Shown here piece by piece: positions 7,166 through 14,253 of a stretch of DNA of 64,000 bases. The notes beneath the pieces were generated by a model, which was given only the letters and a program-made list of their open reading frames with translations, was not told where the DNA came from and made no database searches. The DNA is taken from positions 68,077 to 132,076 of IMG/VR virus record IMGVR_UViG_3300045988_110853; one strand, 5' to 3'. The position numbers and the translations under genes were made by a program. Origin of the DNA: a virus. Every line of letters begins with the position of its first letter. Position 1 is the first letter of the stretch.

Positions 7166-7208
7166 AAAAATTCAGCGGATTTTTATGCAATCCGCTGAAT
7201 TTTCATTT
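7166..7208. terminator. hairpin ATTCAGCGGAT..ATCCGCTGAAT with flanking A/T runs
   Basis: Read directly. Confidence 0.6.
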
Positions 7209-7215
7209 CAAATTT

Positions 7216-7455
7216 TTAACCATCAACATAAATGATAAGAATATCGCCCTTAGCTTTCAAACCAGTGACAGGCAATCCCAGCACCCATTCTTCACTTGCA
7301 CCCAAAAAATTGCCATTCAAAGTCATATGACCCTTGCGGTCTTTGAGATAACGGCCATCAGTGTTTTCATTTATCACTTCGACGCCGTTCCCCTCATAGA
7401 ACATCAACGCACCTTTTACCGTGCCAATCACATTTTTAACCATGCTTAAAGTCAT
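7216..7455 (-). CDS. hypothetical protein (79 aa)
   Basis: Start at MTLSMVKN. Its leader of about 45 nt is identical to that of gene 4660-4866. A promoter TTGACT-N17-TATACT lies at 7486-7514. Confidence 0.5.
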   Translation of the reverse strand: MTLSMVKNVIGTVKGALMFYEGNGVEVINENTDGRYLKDRKGHMTLNGNFLGASEEWVLGLPVTGLKAKGDILIIYVDG

Positions 7456-7485
7456 TTTGTTTACCTCATCTTTCTGTTCCCCTTG

Positions 7486-7514
7486 GAACAATTATAGTAT
7501 AGCATAGGGTATAG
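7486..7514 (-). promoter_or_regulatory. promoter TTGACT-N17-TATACT
   Basis: Read directly. Confidence 0.55.
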
Positions 7515-7532
7515 CAAAAGTCAATAGTCAAA

Positions 7533-7575
7533 ATGGTAAAAAGAATCGGCAGGATTTTGTGTATCCTGCCGATTC
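7533..7575. terminator. hairpin GAATCGGCAGGAT..ATCCTGCCGATTC plus TTTT
   Basis: Read directly. Confidence 0.6.
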
Positions 7576-7577
7576 TT

Positions 7578-7772
7578 TTAGTCTTCCCAACTCTCGATGA
7601 CTTCGCCGGTCATAGCGTCGATAATGTCAACCGAAAGAACATTATCTGCGTCGGCGAACTTCTGACCGAGGGCGTATGCGTTTTCCTGTCCCGCGACAGA
7701 CACTTCATAGCGATAGCGGTTGTTATCACCAGCCTTGTAGTTGTAGTAGTTAACAGAAACGATAAATAACAT
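7578..7772 (-). CDS. hypothetical protein (64 aa)
   Basis: An AAAGGGGAAC ribosome-binding site precedes it. A promoter lies at 7803-7830. The stop is TAA. Confidence 0.5.
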   Translation of the reverse strand: MLFIVSVNYYNYKAGDNNRYRYEVSVAGQENAYALGQKFADADNVLSVDIIDAMTGEVIESWED

Positions 7773-7802
7773 TTTTTTGTTCCCCTTTCTTTTTATACTC
7801 TT

Positions 7803-7830
7803 ATTATAGCACGGTTTTAGGATTTGTCAA
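7803..7830 (-). promoter_or_regulatory. promoter TTGACA-N16-TATAAT
   Basis: Read directly. Confidence 0.55.
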
Positions 7831-7854
7831 TAGTTTTTTTGAAAAAAGTTTGAA

Positions 7855-7892
7855 AAAAAATAAGGGCGTTTCCGCCCTTATTTTTCATAAAC
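7855..7892. terminator. hairpin AAGGGCG-TTTC-CGCCCTT with flanking A/T runs
   Basis: Read directly. Confidence 0.6.
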
Positions 7893-8135
7893 GATAATGT
7901 TGTTGCCTAACTTTTCAACGCGAGAATCTTCACAAAAGTGATAGGTAAAATCCGCGTAAAGATGTTTGAGAAATTCGCGTCTCCATTCGCGGGACTTCGG
8001 CTCTAATTCAAAAAGAATGTAAAGCGTTTCCTCTAATCGGTCGAGAAAGTTTTCAGTGTCCGCGATGTTGAACTTGCCCGCGAGCTTTGGCGTGGGGTTA
8101 TAAGCGCTAATAGTGAGAATGTTGTAAGTTGTCAT
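7878..8135 (-). CDS. hypothetical protein (85 aa)
   Basis: An AAAGGAGA ribosome-binding site precedes it. A promoter lies at 8166-8194. Confidence 0.5.
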   Translation of the reverse strand: MTTYNILTISAYNPTPKLAGKFNIADTENFLDRLEETLYILFELEPKSREWRREFLKHLYADFTYHFCEDSRVEKLGNNIIVYEK

Positions 8136-8165
8136 GGAAAAATCTCCTTTTCATTTGATGTTTTT

Positions 8166-8194
8166 ATTATACACGATAGTATGGAACTTGTCAA
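8166..8194 (-). promoter_or_regulatory. promoter TTGACA-N17-TATAAT
   Basis: Read directly. Confidence 0.6.
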
Positions 8195-8199
8195 TACTT

Positions 8200-8240
8200 A
8201 AAATAGAAAAAAGAGAAGTTTTTTCAACTTCTCTTTTTCA
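8200..8240. terminator. hairpin AGAGAAGTT..AACTTCTCT plus TTTT
   Basis: Read directly. Confidence 0.55.
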
Positions 8241-8328
8241 GCTTCTTTTCTGCCCATTCAATCAGCGCGCCCGCGGTGATTGTGCCAACGTAAATGAAAA
8301 GTAAAACTAAACCATCATGCAAACTCAT
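8224..8328 (-). CDS. possible 34-aa membrane microprotein (MSLHDGLVLLFIYVGTITAGALIEWAEKKLKKRS)
   Basis: A GGAGG ribosome-binding site lies 9 nt upstream. It has a single hydrophobic helix. A terminator follows. Confidence 0.35.
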   Translation of the reverse strand: MSLHDGLVLLFIYVGTITAGALIEWAEKKLKKRS

Positions 8329-8329
8329 T

Positions 8330-8458
8330 TTAATATTCCTCCACATACTCTGTAAAGACAAGCTCCCAGTCCGGGCCGAGATCCGGAGTTTTGCAGTATA
8401 ATGACTGTCGAATGTCATGCTCATTAGTGATTTTGTTGATAAACTCGAATTCATACAT
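8330..8458 (-). CDS. hypothetical small protein (42 aa, MYEFEFINKITNEHDIRQSLYCKTPDLGPDWELVFTEYVEEY)
   Basis: Hand-translated with a GAAAAGGAG ribosome-binding site. A promoter lies at 8490-8518. The track ORF 8224..8454 in another frame is probably an artefact. Confidence 0.4.
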   Translation of the reverse strand: MYEFEFINKITNEHDIRQSLYCKTPDLGPDWELVFTEYVEEY

Positions 8459-8489
8459 TGTTGTTATCTCCTTTTCTTATTGTATCTAC

Positions 8490-8518
8490 ATTATAGCAGA
8501 CAACAGGGCATTTGTCAA
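8490..8518 (-). promoter_or_regulatory. promoter TTGACA-N17-TATAAT
   Basis: Read directly. Confidence 0.6.
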
Positions 8519-8524
8519 TACCAT

Positions 8525-8562
8525 TTATAAAAAAATGTACGAGGTTTAATCCTCGTACATTT
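8525..8562. terminator. hairpin TGTACGAGG..CCTCGTACA with flanking A/T runs
   Basis: Read directly. Confidence 0.55.
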
Positions 8563-8842
8563 CCATTAACGATTTGATTTTTTCAATCGCATTTTCAATT
8601 TCTTCTACATAGTCTGCTTGTTCTTCGCTTGCGCGCATTGCCTGTTCATATGCGTCATAGATGGCTTCGCACTGTTCACGGGTATATTCTTCTTCTGGTG
8701 CGTGCTCCATGGCGACGACTGCCGCCCACGCGAGCGTTTCCGCGTCATCGAGGTTATCAGCCTTTTCCGTGGCAGTGGTAAGTTCGTGTTCGAGGCGCGT
8801 TTTTTCGAGCGAGAGGGTCTTGAGAAATTCGGTATTAGTCAT
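8546..8842 (-). CDS. acidic hypothetical protein (98 aa)
   Basis: An AAAAGGAGA ribosome-binding site precedes it. A promoter lies at 8875-8902 and a terminator at about 8520-8560. Confidence 0.55.
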   Translation of the reverse strand: MTNTEFLKTLSLEKTRLEHELTTATEKADNLDDAETLAWAAVVAMEHAPEEEYTREQCEAIYDAYEQAMRASEEQADYVEEIENAIEKIKSLMEMYED

Positions 8843-8874
8843 TGTGGTGTATCTCCTTTTCTTTTGATACCTCT

Positions 8875-8902
8875 ATTATAGCACTTCTGGACTGAATGTC
8901 AA
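8875..8902 (-). promoter_or_regulatory. promoter TTGACA-N16-TATAAT
   Basis: Read directly. Confidence 0.55.
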
Positions 8903-9180
8903 TAGGTTTTTGAAAAAAATATTTATTCATCAGGGCTGTATAAATATTCATGTATAAATATTCATTTTCGGGTGCATAAAGGCGACTGGCATAATGCACA
9001 AATTCGTTTGAAAATTTTTGTGCAACTTGCCTATTGCAAAACTCGGCGCGCTGCGGCCCACAGCGCGCCGGCCAAATGTATATGTATGATTATTCATGTA
9101 TATTCATTGCATATTCATTGTATATTTATTCATACATAATATGCAAAAATAGAGAGAGACTTAATAAGCCTCTCTCCACA
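8893..9180. repeat. intergenic cassette copy E, with flanking TATTCAT heptamer repeats
   Basis: The stem-loop lies at 9044-9073. Seven TATTCAT copies lie at 8925-8970 and 9090-9135. Confidence 0.6.
8996..9025. promoter_or_regulatory. inverted repeat GCACAAA-N14-TTTGTGCAA (operator-like)
   Basis: Read directly. Confidence 0.4.
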
Positions 9181-9526
9181 CCTTGATTATTTCATCATCT
9201 GCTATATCATCTGTGTCATTGTCGTTTATCCACAAAAGCAGAAAATCATTATCGTCAATGGTCATATTCTCAACTTCCCATTGGTTGCCGCGTTCGTCCA
9301 GTAGCGTGATAGTGTTACCATTTCGGGAAGCGACCTCTGCGCCGATAAAGCGTATGCTTCCTCTCTCTGTGCCAGCGCCACACCATTCATCTAATGCGGT
9401 GAGGTCGTAGGACTGCGGCGCTTCCTCGCAGGCTTCCGCGGTTGCGTGGTCATGGAATGAGCCGAAGAAAGACACGGAGAGAATGATGGCAATGACCATG
9501 GTGATGATTTTGGAAATGTTTTTCAT
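9161..9526 (-). CDS. secreted or membrane-anchored protein (121 aa; N-terminal signal/TM, acidic C-terminus)
   Basis: Intact ORF with an AGAAAGAGG ribosome-binding site. It has a hydrophobic N-terminus. Confidence 0.55.
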   Translation of the reverse strand: MKNISKIITMVIAIILSVSFFGSFHDHATAEACEEAPQSYDLTALDEWCGAGTERGSIRFIGAEVASRNGNTITLLDERGNQWEVENMTIDDNDFLLLWINDNDTDDIADDEIIKVWREAY

Positions 9527-9548
9527 TTTGTTTTACCTCTTTCTTACT

Positions 9549-9692
9549 TTATAGGTTAGTAGCGATAGTGACAACAGCAATAAGCATGAGCGTGCTTGAG
9601 ATAGCTTTACCTATGCTCTTGCTATCTATGGCATAGACAAAATTATATGCGCTTATAGCGGTAAGCACAATAATAGCGGCAATGATAGACAT
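9549..9692 (-). CDS. possible 47-aa membrane protein
   Basis: Hand-translated with an AGAGGGGAG ribosome-binding site. The sequence is two hydrophobic segments. Confidence 0.35.
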   Translation of the reverse strand: MSIIAAIIVLTAISAYNFVYAIDSKSIGKAISSTLMLIAVVTIATNL

Positions 9693-9722
9693 GGCATATG
9701 CTCCCCTCTTTGAGCGAGTGGG

Positions 9723-10196
9723 TTAAACCCACTCGCTGAATAACTCACTGATGAAGTCATCGTGTACGTCATCAGGCAGTTGATCGATGGTGCACTCATA
9801 GGTGCTTACCACGGTAAGCGATGAGCCATTCTCAAGGTTCTCGCGCTCAAACTTATCACGCTCGCCAGACGAGAGGAAAAATGCGGTATAATCGTAAGTG
9901 TCTTCTCCATCATTGATGGAATAGTCCACCACCTTAAAGCGTGTTTTGTTCCAGAGGTTCGCTATGATGGACAAATCCATGGCCAGCTCTTCCTCGCGGC
10001 GGACAGCTTCGAGAGACGCCTTATACTTGCGCCATGCGGCTACCGTAAAGTCTCTTATGCCGCACCCAATAAGACAATGGTATTCCTCTAAGTCTTTGAT
10101 AACCAGTTTACGTCCCTCGCGCACCATATCCCAAGCATCTTCCGCCATTGCGTTGATGGTGACAGCATCATATTTATGCAAGCCCTGAATTTTCAT
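9723..10196 (-). CDS. hypothetical protein (157 aa)
   Basis: Intact ORF with a GGGAAGGG ribosome-binding site. A hairpin at 9712-9735 overlaps the stop. Confidence 0.55.
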   Translation of the reverse strand: MKIQGLHKYDAVTINAMAEDAWDMVREGRKLVIKDLEEYHCLIGCGIRDFTVAAWRKYKASLEAVRREEELAMDLSIIANLWNKTRFKVVDYSINDGEDTYDYTAFFLSSGERDKFERENLENGSSLTVVSTYECTIDQLPDDVHDDFISELFSEWV

Positions 10197-10277
10197 TGTG
10201 TAGCCCTTCCCGCGCTTTTTGCGCTATCGTGTTATATGTAGGTATGTTCCCCCTGTGGGGAGTGAGGGCTTGCGCCC

Positions 10278-10571
10278 TCACTTTGCAATCTTTGCGGTAA
10301 CGGAAGCCGCACGCGGCGCGCCGACTTTCTTGTACTTATCAAAGCACTCGGCATAGAGTTTCGGCGCCTTGTTGCGGAACATCACCGTGTCGAGCGTTTC
10401 AGTAGCCTTGCCGCCCTTGCCAACAATAACAGTAAACTTATTGTAAGTAAAGGTAACGCTTTCGCCGTTAGCTTCCTCGCGGGCTTCTGCCTTGAGTAAT
10501 TCTAATTGTTCCTTGAGCACGTCTATCTGCGCGGAAAGCTCACACATCTTTTTAATTTTGTTGTTCGTCAT
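10278..10571 (-). CDS. hypothetical protein with an N-terminal coiled coil (97 aa)
   Basis: Start at MTNNKIKK with an AAGAGGA ribosome-binding site. The stop is TGA. A hairpin at 10261-10282 overlaps the stop. Confidence 0.55.
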   Translation of the reverse strand: MTNNKIKKMCELSAQIDVLKEQLELLKAEAREEANGESVTFTYNKFTVIVGKGGKATETLDTVMFRNKAPKLYAECFDKYKKVGAPRAASVTAKIAK

Positions 10572-10666
10572 TTTGTAAATCCTCTTTTCATGTATTTTGC
10601 TGTTCGGTGTTCCGCCGTTCAGCATGGTTACATGGTAGCAGATTCAGCCACGGGATACAATTGACG

Positions 10667-10712
10667 GATTGCACAAAGATTTGTTTTGTACGGGGCGGGC
10701 TTTTGTGCAATC
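10667..10712. promoter_or_regulatory. perfect 11-bp inverted repeat GATTGCACAAA-N24-TTTGTGCAATC (candidate operator) at the early/late junction
   Basis: Read directly. Related half-sites GCACAAA/TTTGTGCAA also lie at 4945-4974, 7060-7089, 8996-9025 and 503-538. Confidence 0.45.
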
Positions 10713-10999
10713 TACCGCCGGGCGGCACCCTTGCATCATACCTTTGCATTTTTATTCACTCAAAAATGAATAAAACCTGCATGGGGCGGGGTGTATTTCG
10801 GGAAAAATAAATTTTTATTTATTATTTTTTCTTTTGCCTGGTCAAAACACAATCTAAATCAATTTTCAATTTCAAATTACGGATTAAAACAATAATCTTA
10901 AATTACGATTTTTTCTTTCTGCCCCTTTTAGGCTTCTCTCTCCACATAAGGGTATATAATCCAGAAGTAGCAGAATAAGTAGCTTTCTGCTGATACTTT

Positions 11000-11395
11000 T
11001 TAGCAACTGCCTTCAATGGACTGAGTGGTTTCCGCATTTAATTTTTCCTCCATATATTCGATTAATTTATCTTTATATTTACAACTATCAATATATTTAT
11101 TAATAGTATCTATATCATATTTTTCCATTAAATGCTCTAATACATATTTGTATTTGTTTAACTGATATTCTTCCTGTTCTTTTTTAGTGCTTAATTGAGC
11201 CTTTTCCGCGTCTGATAAAGGTCTGTAAGTAATTGTTCTTGATCCATTATCCTTTTTCTCAATACGTATTGTTTTAAACAATTTCCAATCTCTTACAAAA
11301 GGATCTTTATCTCTTGTTGCATTAAAATATTCTTGTTCTAATCTAAATATTACCGCATCTATCCCTCTTACTTCAAAAGGCTGGTTCCGCTCCAT
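11000..11395 (-). CDS. hypothetical protein (131 aa), in the AT-rich region
   Basis: Start at MERNQPF with a GGGAGGA ribosome-binding site. The stop is TAA. Confidence 0.5.
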   Translation of the reverse strand: MERNQPFEVRGIDAVIFRLEQEYFNATRDKDPFVRDWKLFKTIRIEKKDNGSRTITYRPLSDAEKAQLSTKKEQEEYQLNKYKYVLEHLMEKYDIDTINKYIDSCKYKDKLIEYMEEKLNAETTQSIEGSC

Positions 11396-11765
11396 CTTCA
11401 ATATCCTCCCATTCAAATGTTCCATCATCTAATTCATATACAAACGCTTGCTTATAAAATGATGAAACAATTCCATCATTTGTAATTCCTTTTGGGCTAT
11501 TTTTCGCATCATGGAAACAATTATAAACAATTAATCCTTGCGTTTCATATCGCGAAAAATCTACTGCTCTTCCCTCAAAATCATAATTATAAAATATATT
11601 TAACAATAGCATACATTCATATTGCGCGATCGGCCATTTATTTAATTCTTTCTATTGATTTTCCATTTTCTAATATAGCACCCAGAAAGCTTTTCTATAT
11701 AACCATAAAAAAAGGAGCGATGCTACTAACGCACAACTCAATATTACAATAAAAACAATTTTCAT
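11373..11765 (-). CDS. hypothetical secreted/membrane protein (130 aa) containing 2 in-frame TAG sense codons
   Basis: The track ORF 11373..11612 extends in frame through two TAG codons to an ATG at 11765. That ATG is preceded by AAAAGGAG. The sequence starts MKIVFIVILSCALVASLLF.... The stop is TGA. Confidence 0.5.
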
Positions 11766-11907
11766 AAATACTCCTTTTCTTTTTTTTCTTATAATAATGA
11801 TAAAATAAAAAAAATAAAATGTCAAGTTGTGGCGCGTGCTTGGGCGAAAGTTATTTGTTTTATTAAAAAAATTTTTAAATATAAAAAGAAAAATTTTTAA
11901 ATGAAAC

Positions 11908-11936
11908 TTGACAGAAAAAATTTTTTCAAGTATAAT
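11908..11936 (+). promoter_or_regulatory. consensus promoter TTGACA-N17-TATAAT at the head of the plus-strand late/structural operon
   Basis: Read directly. A GGAGGT ribosome-binding site and ATG 11961 follow. Confidence 0.6.
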
Positions 11937-11960
11937 ATAAATATAGACTGGAGGTAAAAA

Positions 11961-13016
11961 ATGATAAAACTTGATTATTCTTTACAAACTCCAGAAGAAA
12001 GAAATCAATTAGTCGAACAAATTTTGGCTGATAATCCAGATCCGCCTGAGAAATATTTAGAAATTTTAGCAGACTATTTGGTTCTTTGTATGGAGAAACA
12101 AGAAAAAAAGGAGAAAAAATTATTAACTGATAACCGTATGGCAACAGTTAATAAACGTGAAACTTCTTTTGAAGGTCTTGTTTCCCAACTTGAAAATGGC
12201 GAAGATGGAATTTATAATTTAATTACAGATAATAGAAATACAATATTTCAACCACATATTACAATTACAAAAAAAGATTTAGAAGAAATACCAAGTTTAA
12301 ATTAGTTAAGAGAAGCCATTAATGTTTGGGAGGCTAAATTAAAAGTAACAGAAGGCAAGGATGCTTTTGTTATTAAAAAGGCTCTTATTGAAATGCGTAA
12401 AGATTAGTATGTTATGAAAAATGCTTATCGTCGTCCAATAGTGCCTACAAAATTAACCAGATCAAAGTCTTATATTCCATTAGATGATAAAACATTTATT
12501 TTTGATGATGATGGTTTTCCCATTCCCGATGGAATTAGTTTATTAAGACCTGAAATATGTTCTGCGGTTTTATGTAATTATTCCCGATTAAAGCAAGATA
12601 GTTGGGGCGAATATGATAAAGATTTATGGTATTTAATGGAGGATTTTGATAAGCTTTGTGATAAAGCCTTAGCTAATTATCCTCTTTATGATAGAATCGT
12701 TGAATATAAAATTGATGGTTTACAAAATATTGACATTCAAGAGAAAATACAAATGGAATTTGGTATTAAACATAGTCTTGAATATATTTCAAGTTTATGG
12801 CGTAATAAAATTCCAAAATTAATTGCTTCGACTGCGGAAGATGAATATTTAGATAATTATTATTTAAATGTTGAAAAAGGTAAATATAAAAAATGTAGTC
12901 GTTGTGGTAAAATAAAATTAGCTCATAATAAATATTTTAGTAAAAATAAAACAAGTAAAGATGGCTTTTATAGTATTTGTAAAAGTTGTCGAAATTCTAA
13001 GGCCAAAAAATCTTAA
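11961..13016 (+). CDS. hypothetical protein with a C-terminal CxxC...CxxC zinc ribbon (351 aa; 2 in-frame TAG)
   Basis: It follows a consensus promoter at 11908-11936 and a GGAGGT ribosome-binding site. Track ORFs 11961..12305 and 12414..13016 lie in the same frame and are joined by TAG codons. The real stop is TAA. Confidence 0.6.
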
Positions 13017-13065
13017 TATTGTCCTTTTGTTTATAATAAATAGTTGAAAGGAGAATATTTTATTT

Positions 13066-14253
13066 ATGGCTGAAACATATTATTGCGAAAAATGTAATCG
13101 TACAATGAATGGCACGGAATTCTATTCATCTAATAATTTAGAAAAATATCCTAATGATGGTAAATTTCCTGTGTGCAAAAAATGTATGACAATGCACGTC
13201 GATAATTGGAATCCAGATACTTATTTATGGATTTTACAAGAAGCGGATGTTCCTTATGTTCCAGATGAATGGAATAAATTAATGGAAAAATATGGGCGCG
13301 ATCCGCAGTCTATGACCGGTATGACGATTCTTGGACGTTATTTGTCAAAAATGAAACTCAAATAGTTTAAAGATTATCGCTGGAAAGATACAGAATTTTT
13401 ATAGTAGATGGCAAATAATAAATTAGAGCAAACTATGAAACGTCAAGGATACGATGCTCAATAGATTGCAACTGCTATTGAAAAAAGTTCTATTACTATT
13501 CCAGAAGGGGAACTAAAAGAGCCGGTTTATGCTCCACCGCCTAATGCCCCTACGGAAGATTATTTCGCACAATAGAGTGGTGAAGTGGAACAAGAGTTAG
13601 ACTTAACTGATGAAGACCGCACTTATTTAAGGCTTAAATGGGGTAAAACTTATAAACCTGAAGAATGGGTTAAGCTTGAACAATTGTATGAAGAAATGAT
13701 GGCTTCTTATGATATTCAAGGTGCCGGACATAAAGATACGCTAAAACTAATATGTAAGACATCTTTAAAGGCAAATCAATTGATCGATATTGGTGATATT
13801 GAAGGTTTCCAAAAGATGAGCAAAGTATACGATAGCTTGATGAAGTCTGGTAAATTTACCGCTGCTCAAAACAAAGCAGAATCAGGTGAATTTGTTGATT
13901 CAATTGGCGAATTAATTGAATTATGTGAAAAAGAAGGATATATTGAAAGATATTATGTTGAATAGCCACATGATAAAGTGGATTTAACTATTCAAGATAT
14001 GCAACGTTATACTCGCACTCTTATTGAAGATGAAACTAATATTAGCACAATGGTAGAAAAGGCTTTACGCGAAAATGCTAAAGAAGATGAAGAGAAAGCA
14101 AAGAACGCGGAAAGTGATATCGTTGATGATGCTGATTTAAGTATTGAAGAACTTGAAAAAACTATTAAAGATAGTGATTACGCGGATTTTGAGGATTTTA
14201 AAGAATAGGAATCCGCGCAAGATAATGAGTTCTTATAGAGTTTGGATAAGTAA
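13066..14253 (+). CDS. hypothetical protein with an N-terminal zinc ribbon (395 aa; 7 in-frame TAG, two adjacent). It may be the terminase small subunit, judged only by its position upstream of the large terminase.
   Basis: A GAAAGGAGA ribosome-binding site precedes it. Track ORFs 13066, 13585 and 13978 share one frame and are joined by TAG. It ends in a TAA that overlaps the ATG of the large terminase (TAATG). Confidence 0.55.

Larger units (their letters stand above)
7040..7208. repeat. intergenic cassette copy D
   Basis: The stem-loop lies at 7111-7140. Confidence 0.6.

Noticed and set aside
8925-9135. CRISPR array
   Set aside because: The TATTCAT repeats are 7-nt units with variable spacers of 3-8 nt, not direct repeats of 25-40 nt with unique spacers. 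No cas genes are present.
189-10188. Plus-strand track ORFs in the early module (189..461, 1131..1394, 2079..2399, 2489..2800, 2838..3119, 3243..3452, 3376..3570, 3729..3920, 3933..4127, 4012..4353, 4450..4923, 5389..5583, 6132..6374, 6211..6411, 6478..6663, 6630..7016, 6895..7101, 7533..7769, 8618..8881, 8661..8867, 9183..9410, 9946..10188)
   Set aside because: They are antisense to minus-strand genes that have consensus promoters and Shine-Dalgarno sites. They lack ribosome-binding sites, and several span terminators or promoters.
11492-11752. Plus-strand track ORF 11492..11752
   Set aside because: It is antisense to the minus-strand gene 11373-11765, which has an excellent ribosome-binding site and a signal-peptide-like start once TAG is read through.
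10626-11960. tRNA or other structured RNA gene (for example a suppressor tRNA) in the non-coding gaps
   Set aside because: No T-loop-like GTTCGA(A/G)TC motif or cloverleaf was found by eye in 10626-11000 or 11640-11960. A suppressor tRNA, if present, must lie outside this window.
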